This document shows, piece after piece, positions 1 through 11,397 of a stretch of DNA of 64,000 nt. Source of the stretch: Raillietiella orientalis (taxonomy: Eukaryota); contig JAYWIR010000016.1 in assembly GCA_036172245.1 (NCBI GenBank), positions 2,542,001 to 2,606,000 of the forward strand, given 5' to 3'. The notes beneath the pieces are model-generated. The model was not told where the DNA came from, did no database searches, and saw nothing but the letters and a program-made list of their open reading frames with translations. A program made the position numbers and the translations under genes. The stretch's first letter is position 1. The number at the start of each line of letters is the position of its first letter.

Positions 1-57
1 GTAACCAGCGTCGATCCTGTTCAGGTCTCCCCTCCTGAGAGTCCTCTTTCCTTCCAG

Positions 58-3000
58 CGATGTTCGCGGCCATCGAGCACGGGCAGGTCGAGAAGCTGAA
101 AACCATCCTCAGCATGACGGACGTCGACGTCAACAGGTGACCTTTCTCCCTCTCCTCCTTGCGGGAGCCACTCCCAAACCCCGACCTGTCCCCCTCCCCT
201 TCCCCTCCTCGTCGATTCTGCTCACTCCGATCCTTCCTCCCCCATAAACTTGGGCCTTTTCAGCATGAACCGGGAATACTTCACCCCTCTGGATATCGCC
301 GTGATGCTGGGAGATCTCCAGATGGTGAACCTCCTGCAGAGCTACGGTGCGGCGGAGAGCAGCCAGTGTGAGTCTCCAGGCGAGGAGGGACGACACCCCC
401 TCAGTCTCCCCTCTGGCCCCGGACGGAGCGCGCGGATGGCGAGGGCGCCACAGGCTCCTGCGGGACAAAAGAGGAATATCTCCCTGAAGGGAGGAAGGAG
501 AGAGGCGACGGATCTCTGGATCCGAGGTCGCTTCTCCGGGCCCGGGTCGATCGATCACTGTCGTCCGTGAGGGAGAATGGGGCTTAGCCTATGGGAACCG
601 TCGATCTGGCGATAAAGTGGCGCTTTTGTGTGATGGGGGAGGGGACTGTGTGACCTTTGGCCAGAAGAGCGCTGCCAGAAGCCGCGGGGTAGGGGTGGAG
701 GGACGCCTGTGACTTGTCTCCTCTTCCTCCCCTCCGTCCTCGACGAAGGAGGGCTGACAGGGGATGAAGTTCTTCCCGTCTGTCGCTGCCGGGAGCGTTC
801 TGGACCAACACCGCCGCTCTCCTGTTCGCGAACGCCCGCCACCCGAGCGGCGGGCGCACTGGTTAAGTGGAACTCCCACCGGCACGGAAAACAAAAATGG
901 AGCGCATGGTGGGGAATCCGCCGCAGGGTGTCTGCGGCGCCAAGAGCGTCCGCTCGCCCGCTTGAGGAGCGCTCCGACGCAGTCTCCCACCCACGTCTGC
1001 AGACGCCTCACGGCAGCGAGCGCCTGCCGGCGCGGAATCAGATCGGCAGATCGCGGAAGAGACCCCTAGGCATCGGAGAGGTGCGCGTTCCGATTTTGCG
1101 CATGCGCTCGGCACCTGGCACCCTCCGGGGCGCGTGGAGGTCCTGGAGGGCGTCCTCGGAATTCGTCCCGCCCTGGAGAACTCCCGCGCGCGCGCCGCGC
1201 CCCTCCTTGCTGGCTTGTGACGGATGGAGGAGCCACCCCTGGAGCTTGCTCGGTGGACGCCCCAGGTCGCGCGCGTGCAGGTCGCGTTCGCCGCCCTCTC
1301 TCACGCTCCGGGGCGCGTCCTCCTTCGTTCGACTCCCGAGACTCCGAAGTACCGGATGGGGGTGGGGCGGAATCCTGCGTGAAGCGCAGCCGCGTCGCTG
1401 CCATCCATGGAGGCCACTTCTCGCTTTCCGCACTCCCCTTCCCCTTCCCTTTCTGACTAGGCGAGGCGGGCATCTCCGGTTGCCAAGGGTCCCTCCTGGC
1501 TAGAGGTCCGATTTCCAGGAAGGCCAAGAAGACCCGCTGCGGTGGGAAATTTCGCAGCGGGTCTTATCGGTGCCTCCCCTCGGCGTCCGCAGTTCCAACG
1601 AACTGCCACAGAAGCGTCACCGCCAGGGAGGGATCGGTTGTCTCGGCTACGCCGCCTTCTCCGCTTCGAAAACCGGAGCGGGAGCCAGTGACGCGTGGTG
1701 CTCCAGCTCGGATAGAGTAGGAACTTCTGGGACATGACCACCCTCCCGCGGAGAGTGGGAGGCTGGACATCGGGGACCATCACGGTTTTCATAGGAGCGG
1801 GAACGCACCTACCCCCGGGCGGCAGGAATTCCCTCTTCTTCCTGCAGCTCCTGCACAGCAGCCTCAGTAGTTTCCGGGAAGGCAGGAAGGGATGGGATCG
1901 GAACTTTCGTCCTGCACTCCTCTGAGGCAGCCTCGCGACCCCGTCGTCGTGGGTACGGCGGGGTTGCCTGGTGTCTACCCGGGCGGACGAGGGGCAGTCG
2001 CGCAATCGACGGGACGATCCCCCGGGAAGCTCATGCTGCCGCGGAGGGCCGTGAGCTCATCTGCCCCGGACGCCTCCGGTGACCTCAGGGAGTGCCCCCT
2101 CGCGTCCCCCGTGGCCCCTGCGGTCTCGGATTTCCCAGCCGGCTCCAGAGAGAAGCTGCTCTGCCGTCGTCACGAGAGGGTCCTCCCGACCGTGGCTAGG
2201 GAAGGAGGGGGGAAGGAACGCAGCAGGGCCCTCGAGCGGTTTTCTCCCGGATAGGCGAGTCTTTGTCCCGCATCCCCGGGAGCGCGACCTCCGTTGGGAC
2301 CGTCTGACCCTTCCCTCCCCTCCCGGCCCTCTCCTCAGCAGTCATCGTCTTTCCTTCCAGTCACCAGCTGCGAGCAGAGGATGGCGTACTTGAACGACCT
2401 GTGCAGGGAAGCTGACTGGGAGATCAAGAGCATGATGCACCTCCTGGCCCAAGGCGATGTCGGCAACCGCTTCAAGGAGATCAGCTACGAGCTGACCGCT
2501 TGGGAGAGAAGGTGGAACCTGCTGAAGAGGATGAAGAGCGGGCTCGACCACCTGAGTAAAGTCCCCTTTTGATTCGCGCGCGCGCGGCTCCTGGCGATCC
2601 CACCGGCGCTCCGGAAAGTCGGGTGCGCCAGTGCCAGTATCCTCCATCAGCGGCGAAAGTGACTCCGTCCCGGAGACGCGCGCGCACCATCTTTCTTCGT
2701 TTTGCGCGCTTCCTTTCCCCCCCTCCTCCCCTCTTCTTTCTTCAAAGGTGGTTCGCATGCTGGAGAAGGGAGTTGGAGAGGTGCTCTCGGGGTGCCCAAA
2801 AGAAGGAGGGGGGAAGAGGACGCAACCCCCTCCTCCTCCTCTCAGAAGTGTCAAACTTTTTTTCCTCTCTCCCCCAGAGCCCCCGGAGCCTCCAACGAGT
2901 TTCCACGTCGAGGTCCTGAAGCTGGACGCCGTGCAGGGCACCTTCAGCATCCCCATAAACTCGCAGCATTCCATGTGCACCAAAGTCAAAGGTTAGTGGG

Positions 3001-6000
3001 TCTTCCTGCTCGTGCTCTCCGCGAGCGCCCACCGTTCCTCGCCCCGAGGGGCCTTCCGTTGCGTGCGCTCGAGACGCCGGGGGGACGGACCTTTGCTTCA
3101 TCACGAGGAGGAGGAAGGCTGCCGCCTACTGCCGAGGAGCGGTGCCTGAATCCCCGAGGGAGCGACCGGACAGGGAGAGGGGAGGGGTTCTTCGCCCGCT
3201 CCAAAGGCTCTTCCGGGGACGCGCAAGCGGCGAGGCGCCGGAAACGCCCTTTTTTCCTCTTCCCCTCCCTTCTCCCCCTCTTCCCTGGGAGAGACCGCAG
3301 GAACAACCCTCATAGGAACCTGGGTCCTCCCTCTCATAGGAAGCTGGGTTGGCCCCCAAAGGGCGGAATTGGGAGCGCGCGCCGCGACGAAGGGGTACGA
3401 TCCCCCGAGCGCCCCGTTAACTGGCCACTGCAGCTAGAGGTCGCCCCGGAGCGAAGAGCGGGAAGTAGGCAGTGCCCATCGTACGCCCCCCTCCGGCTAT
3501 CCCTCGCCCCCGGCGCTGTCATGACACCGGGCGTCCAGGCGGGGGTTTCCGCCGTCGTTGGGTCTCCCGGCGATGGGGGACTCCGCGGAGGTGTCACCTG
3601 CGGGCGTCTGCAGGGGCGCTGCAGACTTGGCGAGCCCTCAGTTCCCGCCCTGGAAGGATAGCCTCCGGGAGCCCCACCCGGGATCTCGGGAGGAGATGAG
3701 CCGACGGATTGCGCGGCGTCGCTTCCGGGATGCATTCAAGCCTTCCGGAGGCGCCAGGGTGAGATCCCCCCAATCTGCGAAGAGACTCCACGTGGCCCGC
3801 CGCTCAGCCAAGCGACTGAAGGAGGAACAGCGCCGTCCCTTCTCGCCTCTGCCCGTCGCCTCCTCGAGGGGAGGGGAAGGGTGGTGATCACGTCCGTTCC
3901 TCGCCGTCGGGTGCGCCAGCCGAGGACGCGCGTTCACCGACCGCCGATGCGCACGGCTCCCCCCCTCGTGGCGCTGCTTCCTCCCCGGCGGCAACTGCCC
4001 CTCCCCTTCGCGCGCGTGTTCCCGGAAGGGCTGCCACGGGGCCGCATCACTCCTGCTTTTTTTTCTTCTAGTGCAGTGGAGCTGCTCGGAAGACTTCAGC
4101 CCGGTCAGCGGGTCGAAGGTAATCCTGGACATCACGTCCAACAAGATCGTGATTTCCGAGCTCCTGAAAGGCGTCCAGTACTACTTCCGGATACTGGGAG
4201 GCAACATGAAGGGGTACGGGAAGAGCCTGCTCAGCTACCCCCACTCTCTGGTGACGTCAGGTATGCGCCCCCACCGATCCGCCTTACCCCCGTGCCCGCC
4301 GCACTCCCGCGTCTCCCTCGCCCATCCACGCTCCTGTTCTTGCCGGCTGCGAGGCTCGCGCGCAGCTCATCCCCCGCAACCAGGGAAAGGCGGGCGTGTC
4401 TCCCCCTCCCTTCTCGCGGGGAGGACGAAGAAGCCCTTGGCGATCGAGGCGGAAAGTCCCCCACGGGGCGTGGTTTCCTCGGATCGAGACCGCGCGCCGC
4501 CCTTGTGCGTGGGATCCAGAGTCAAAGGTCGAGGAGCTAAGGAAAGGTCGAGGCGGCTCCCTCTGCTTCGGTGGGCCGTTCTCCCTCTCTTTCCTTCCCT
4601 CCCTTTTTTTCTTCAGGGAAGATCCCGGGGAGCGAACTGTTGCCTCCGAGCCGAGGGATTGCTGGCCGCTGCGCTCTTGCCTCAGGCGCTCCACGGGAAG
4701 CGGGGATCGGGACCGCACCTCTCCCTTCCCCTCGCCCCCTACCGCCCGCTTCCGTCCCCTGACGCGGGCGGGAAGCGAAGCCCGAATTCACCCTGCGGCA
4801 CTCTGTCCCCCTTTTTTCGAAAGAAGGGGTGCGGAGGAAGGTATCACGCGACTTCCCTGTCTGGGATGCACCTCCCCCCTCCTCCCCTCCTCCTCCCCCC
4901 TTTGACCTGCATTCTTTGACCTTGGAATTGAAGTGACCGTTCGTTCTTACAGCGTGGAAGGAAAATCTGGATGCCGAAGGCAGTCCCAGGAGTGGCCCCC
5001 GTTCATTTGATGTCATTTTCGATAGGACCAGGAGCATCGCCGAGGAAAGCGCGTTGCTCATCAGGGAGCTCTCTGACGGCGCGGAAGCGAATCTCCTCCG
5101 CAAGAAGGCTTCCAAGAAACGCAACATCCTGGAACAGTTGTTCACCTCCCTGCCGAAGTTCGTCAGGAATCTGAACCGGTAACCGCGGGAGGAAGGGGCG
5201 CGGGAGAGCTTTCCGAACTCCCGGCCAACATCCCCTCGTCTCCCTGGTTGTTTGCAGGGGCGTCTACTTGTGCTGCGTCCTGTACTCGACGCCAGAGGAC
5301 AGGATCCTCGTCACCAACGACGACTACCTGCCGACCGTGGAAGTCGACGAAGTCTACCCCGTCTCCCTGAACAACGACTTCTACTGGTTCGCAAAGGCAA
5401 GGAAGGAGGACGGGGGGGGAGGGGACGTCCGCGCGCGCGTGGCCACCCCGCGCTCGGCGGCTCGGGAAGAAAAATTCCCTCTGGAGGGAGGACCTGCGGA
5501 GGGCGGTATGGGAGTCGATGTGCAAGGCAGACTTCTTCCCCCCTGGGTTTCTTTTTCTCCCCCGCCGCCGCTTCCGTTCCCGCACGGGTAAAGTTCCGTT
5601 CGCATGAGTTCCGCGCCCGCTCCTCGTCGAAATCAAAACAAGAAAAACACGCCGCGTGGTCCGTCGTCGCCGGGACGGGCCCGCTTGGGGGATCGTACCC
5701 CTTCGTCGCGGCGCGCGCTCCCAATTCCGCCCTTTGGGGGCCAACCCAGCACCGGACGGAAAGGACGCTTCCTATGAGAGGGAGGACCCAGGTTCCTATG
5801 AGGGTTGTTCCTGCGGTCTCTCCCAGGGAAGAGGAGGAGAAGGGAGGGGAAGAGGAAAAAAGGGCGTTTCCGGCGCCTCGCCGGTTGCGCGTCCACGGGA
5901 GAGCCCTTGGAGCGGGCGAAGAACCCCTCCCCTCTCCCTGTCCGGTCGCTCCCTCGGGGATTCGGGAGCCGTGCTTCAGCAGCGGCACTCTTTGCCGGTT

Positions 6001-9000
6001 CTCCTCCGACTTGCAAGTTCCTCGTTGCCGTGGCGACACCTGGCGGCAGTCGTGTGCTCTTCAAAACCCGAGTTTGTTTCGTTCTTCCATTTGTGCCCGT
6101 CCCGGGTGCCTGTCGTCGCCACGTTCCTGCCCCCCAGTCCTCAAAGATGACTTTCAGGCACAGATTATCCCGGAGGTCCTTCCTGCGAAGCTGCCGTGAC
6201 GAGATCCCAGAATCTGCAGCTGCGATCCCGAAGCTCGTCTCTGGCGATGCCCGAAGGCGTGCGACTTCCCTGTCAGGGCGCTCCTTTTCGAATGTCAGCC
6301 TTCTTAAAGTTTGCGGTTCCCTGAGCCGAGCCATTCCGGGCATGGGACGGGACCCCCTCGCGCCCGTGAGCGTTCCTGGGCGCTCCGAAATTTCGTCGGG
6401 AACCTCCGGCCAAAGATTCCGGGGATCCTTCCGTGGGAGGGCTTGCTCTGGCCGAGTCCTCGCTAGCAGTCGCTGTCCCGGCAGCAATCTTTTCGGCTCC
6501 CTTCCAAACCCCTGAATTCGCTGCCTTTCAAGGGGCTGGCGGTGCTCTTCGCCTTGTCCCCGTGTCATCCGCTCCGCCCGCACCCTCGTCCAGGCTCTCC
6601 CGTCATGCAATCCTGCTCTCGTTTTCTCTTGGACGGAGCTTCCCTGTTCCTCGCCGACGCACTGGGGAGCCCTCGAGAAGGGACAGCCGATCTCCAGATC
6701 CCGAGTCGAGCTTCGAAATTGCAGGCGCCTCCTTTTTTCCGTAGATAGGGATCAAAATCCCTTCGTCCTCCCTTTCCCAGCGAATGCAACGTGACGTGCC
6801 TGCGCGGTGTGTCTTGTTCCCTTTGCTACCGTCTGTTCCAGGTCGCCTGCACGTGGGAGGACGTGAGGCTGCTGAGAGACGAGATCTGCAAGCACCCGGA
6901 GTCCTCGGCACTGCACTTTCGCGGGAAGCTGCTCCAAGCGACCCTCGAGATGCAGGTAAAGCGGTCCCCCCCCCCCCTCTCCCCGCGCCTGCCTCTATGG
7001 AGACGACCCCCCGCGGCAGTCGGCCCTAGGGTTCGACGACCTGGGGCATTTGTACTTCATGCCCTTAAAAAACGTGAACGGCACGACGGTCCTGAGCGTC
7101 CTCAAGGCGGTGGACAACCCCAAGTCGATATCCTCCCTGCACTTCACCTGGCTGCCGTACGCCAAGCTGAAGCAGAGGTACGCTAACAGGAACACGGAGG
7201 AGGACGCCGCCAGCATGCTGATCAAATCGCTGCCCGTGAGTTCCCCCGCCTCCTCTCGCCGGAAGGGGCTCTGCTGCAGCCTGCGCTCCCGCCTCTTCTC
7301 TTTCAGAAGCAGATCCAGTACTCGAGGTCGGGTTTCGTGCGGCTGTCAGACGGGCTCTACCTGGCCTACCTGAAGCTCAAATCGTTCATGGACAGCATCC
7401 GGGTCATCGTCCCGGACAGCTCTCCGAACATCCTCCCGTGCATCCGGATGAGGGAGAATTCGCACGTGTCCAGGTCAGCCTGCGCGCGGAAGACGTCCCC
7501 CTCCCCTCCCCTCACTTCCCAGCATCCTTTTTACAGAGAGGAATGGAAGTACCTGCTGAATTTCAAAAAGGAGTGTCCGAGCCCCACCCGGCAGCCCTCC
7601 GAAACCGAGTTTTATTTTGCTCAACAGCTGGTCACTGCCGTCCAGGGGCTGTTTTCCTTCTTGGCCATCGAAGACTCCTACGCCAACATGCACAGGTTCG
7701 TGTCGCGCGCCCCTCCATCCGAGACGACGGCGCTGATGCCGTCCGGACCCAGGTTCTACCTGGACGAGGTCATAGAGCTGACGCCCACCGTTTCGCTTAT
7801 CCTCATCCTCCCTCCTTCCGAGAACGTGTGTGCTGTCCCCGGTCAGGACGAGCAGCTGAGCGCCAGGGAAGACTTCCTCAACATGCCCGTTCAGATCTTC
7901 GAGATCATACACGCGGTCACCTACAAGACGGAGTTCGTGCAGAAGTACAGCCGCCTGAGTTCCACCGTGGAAACGGACATGTTCTTGTCCAACCAGATCC
8001 TGCGGGAGGTGAGTCCCGATTCCCAGATCGCGCCGGAAAAAAGAAAAAAAAAATGGCGGGGGGATGCCTCTCTTGCTTGCTGATCTCCTCCTCCTCCTCT
8101 TTCCAGGCCTTCTCCTGCGAAGAGGTGCAAAACGCGAAGAAGAAACTGAGGGACCTCCAGGGTCTGCAGATGGAGATCGAAGAGATCTGGAGGAACGCGC
8201 GGTGGATCATGGACATCATCTCGTACGCGAGAGACAAGAGCGCTAAAGAGTGCCTGCTTGTGGAGACGGTGCTGCAGAAATACGAAGAGTCCAAGGCTAG
8301 TCTTCTGGGGCTGTCTGGAGTGGCCAGCATTCCCGACATAATCGAACTCACCACCTGTAACGTGGAGGATTACAAAGTCGAGATCCCCGACAACGACGCG
8401 AGATCCCCCTCCACCTACAATTCGACCCTGAGGATCCCCGAGATCGTCCTGAAGGACGACGTGTGCGACAAGCCTTATTTCACCCAGGACAGCGTGAATT
8501 TCGATAACGCAGTCAAAGTGTCCGGCGCAAGCCTTCGCAAGGCGGAGGAGCGCTCCCTGATGCACACCAAAAGCGAAAACAGCCTCCTCGTGAACCTCGC
8601 GGTTCCCGCGTCCGCGCTGCGAAAGTCCAGCGTCCCCACTCCCAAGTCCCTGGAAGAAGAAGACTCGGACGTCTCCATAGAAAAGTACCGCTCTCTCGAT
8701 ACCATCACTTCCCGGAAGCAAACCCTCGATGACTTTTCCATGCCTTGCAAATCCTGGGCCAGCCAGGGTGTGCTGCCCACGTTCTGCAACGGAAGCGGGA
8801 CGTCTGTCTCCAGCAGCCACTCGACCGAAAACGAAGACTCCAGAGGGAGCACCTCGTCCCAGGGCAGCAAGAATCTGGACACGGAGATCCTGAAGCACAA
8901 GCCCACTCCCGAGTCGTCCGTCGTTCAGGTTTACGCCGCTTACGACACAGGTCTCGCCCCGGGCACGAGTGTGAAGCTAAAAATAAACTCGGACACTTTA

Positions 9001-9279
9001 GTTAGGGAGGTAATCAATTTAGTCGTTAAGCAACTGAATCTGGCCCTGATCTTGAAAGGAAAGACGAAGCCGATATACACTTCAGATCAGTTGCAAAACT
9101 TTTGCTTAGTCACTGTGATAGGAACAAGAGAAAGACGGTTAAGGGACGATTTCAAACTCCTTTACCTGCAGCAACCCTGGAAGAAAGGCAAATTGTTCGT
9201 GAGAATGGTGAATGATATTCTGGCAGCGCTCAACCAGAACCAATCCGTTTCACGATGTGATACTCAAAAGCCACACTAG
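58..9279 (+). CDS. ANKFN1: Ankyrin repeat and fibronectin type-III domain protein 1 (wide awake/banderuola-like) with C-terminal Ras-association domain; 5' end lies outside the window
   Basis: Phase-consistent exons 58-136, 264-367, 2361-2555, 2878-2991, 4072-4260, 4953-5178, 5258-5396, 6842-6955, 7020-7235, 7307-7473, 7537-7695, 7753-8008, 8107-9279. Motifs: ankyrin (MFAAIEHGQVEKLKTIL..DVN; FTPLDIAVM), FN3 (PPEPPTSFHVEV..VQWS..GVQYYFRILGGNMKGYG), family motifs (GVYLCCVLY, DFYWFAKVACTWEDV, GLYLAYLKL) and RA domain (VQVYAAYDTGLAPGTSVKL). Confidence 0.93.
3145..3411 (+). repeat. Intronic interspersed repeat, copy 1 (inverted relative to 5681-5966)
   Basis: About 265 nt nearly identical to the reverse complement of 5681-5966 (e.g. 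gaatccccgagggagcgaccggacagggagagg...aggggtacgatccccc). Confidence 0.9.
5681..5966 (-). repeat. Intronic interspersed repeat, copy 2 (inverted)
   Basis: Reverse complement of 3145-3411 with scattered substitutions and a ~17-nt insertion (accggacggaaaggacg). Confidence 0.9.
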
Positions 9280-9387
9280 CCCTCGCACTCCCTTTGCCCT
9301 CCAAATAACGGGCAAGGGGCACCCGACCTTGCGGTCAGCAGTGAAGGAGTCGTCTGCCTGCCCGTCTGATGTGTAGGCAGCACCTCC
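9256..9387. repeat. Structured repeat, copy 1 (possible LTR end); overlaps the ANKFN1 C-terminus and stop codon
   Basis: tgtgatactcaaaagccac...ggcaaggggcacccgaccttgcggtcagca...aggcagcacctcc matches 11290-11397. It starts with TGTGA, as LTR termini commonly do. Confidence 0.7.
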
Positions 9388-11289
9388 AGGCAAACGTAGC
9401 GATCCGATGAGTCCTCTGTTCCCTCCAGGTGGACCCACCCACCCCCCATAGTCCTATTAGTTCTCCCTCGATCGCACCGCTTATTTATGTCTTACAAACA
9501 AAACTGTGTTTTCTATTCCAGAGTATTAAAAGCATAAATTTTTCCTTATGCTACTTATTGTGATGTTTTTTTGGTTTCTCTCTCTTTTGATGCCGACACC
9601 GGAAATGCGTGCTGCAGCAGACCGGATCCCCTGGAACCAACAGCCGCCTACCGTTCGTGCGGATAGAGGTGCATTCCTGCCAGCATCCAGTTTCCGCCTA
9701 CGAGCGGATTCCTCTCATGTTTAGTTGTTTTTTAGGAACGGTCAGTTATCCACAAGAAACGGTGTTCCGAGATCGCGTGCCACGTTCCTTCTTCCTGCGA
9801 CTGACGTCCGTGCCACTGCTGCTCTTGCATTACAGTTAGAATGCCGACTTGATCTGAGGAGGTAGAGCGGAAGATGTCTCTCGATTTCGAGGGCATCCCC
9901 TCGCATTACGAGAGACCTGGGCAGCTCGCTTTCTTTATCTTGCATGAAAGGACATCTCCAATCCAGTCCGCTTCATCTGGAGGTGTGCCAACGTCTGGTA
10001 AATTTCACGGATCGCAAGCAGCGGTCCACTCAACGGCTGTGTTGCAGCCGAACTTCCAGTGGGTTTTTTTTTTTCTTTTTCCCCTTCGGCAGCTTCTTGA
10101 TCTCAGTTACGACGGTAGGCAACCTTGAGAATTAGCCACCCTCCTTCAAACACGGTTTCCCCATAAGACCCTTTAGGCTTCCTTTGAAGGCTTCCTTCCT
10201 GCTGTGGTACTGAGATGTTTTTTTTTCCAAGCTGGTGGAAAGTTTGCATCCGACGTTTCCGTCTTCCGCGTGAAGAGCGCTGTTCGATTGCTGTTCCGAA
10301 GACTGCACTCTGCTGGCGCATGAACCGCACAAGCTGCTCTCGGAGCGAAGTTTCTAAACTCCTCTCGTGCTGAAGCTCCCCTTTGGGGGGGGAATGCTAC
10401 AGGACCTTGATACAACCCAGATTTCCCTTCCAACGTTGCATGCCACAAGGATGTCGAACTTCCTCCGGTTCAGCTGCGCAACCGTATGCTGTGCATGGCA
10501 GTTCCTTTCCTCTCCTTTTTTTTTTTGTTTTTGTTATCTACCGACTTGAACAAAGGTTTATCACGACCTGAACCAGTCAGTTGCTTGACCTCACTTGTAC
10601 TGCTCGGACACACTTTCCAACGGCCGCCCTCGCAGGATGCCAACTTAGAAGAAGCCCAACCACGCGATCGATTCCCCTGGAAACTCGAAAAACGCCGTGG
10701 TGACCCAAATTTCAGCTCGGTGCACTCCAGGCATGGAGGAAAAACTCTTGTTCTCTGAAGGGATTCCTCGGGATTTCGTTCAATGAACCACCGCAAATAA
10801 CAAAAGTGTTTTTTTTTTCCCCCCCACTCACCTGTAAAACACAAATGGGTCACACTTTTGCTTAACAATGAACAAATGACGGCATAGTCATTAACGCCAA
10901 AGCATTTATCTTTACTTACCAAGTGTGCAGTTGATAGGCACGAACGTTCTTCTTCGCCGAATGGACTCGAGTGTGAGAGCACCTTCCCAAGACAGGATCG
11001 AGAAGGCTTCTTTTGTCTTGCATACCAAAACGGTACTTGCTCGAGAGATCTTTCGTCTGCAATTCGGAGACGTTGGGGCAGCTGAATGGAACTGATAAGA
11101 TTGCGGGGTTCAGTTGACCGAACACCCTCCGATGAAAAGGGGCAAGCAGCATGCGACAGGATGGTGTTCATGCATTCTTGAGGAATTCATGCCATGCTAC
11201 ATTGCAAGCAAAGAGAAGGAACAGAAGATCTACGGCATCCAACAAACAAGACGTTTTCTTTTTCATCGTTGTTTTGCTTTGCTTCGCTT

Positions 11290-11397
11290 TGTGACACTCA
11301 AAAGCCACGCTCCCCTTGCCCTCCAAATAAGGGGCAAGGGGCACCCGACCTTGCGGTCAGCAGGGAAGTGCCCGTCTGACGAGCAGGCAGCACCTCC
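11290..11397. repeat. Structured repeat, copy 2 (direct repeat of 9256-9387)
   Basis: tgtgacactcaaaagccacgctccccttgccctccaaataaggggcaaggggcacccgaccttgcggtcagc; contains two hairpins. Confidence 0.75.

Noticed and set aside
400..6800. Many long overlapping ORFs (200-325 aa) in the ORF track
   Set aside because: These are R/P/G/S-rich products expected from GC-rich ANKFN1 introns; no domain motifs.
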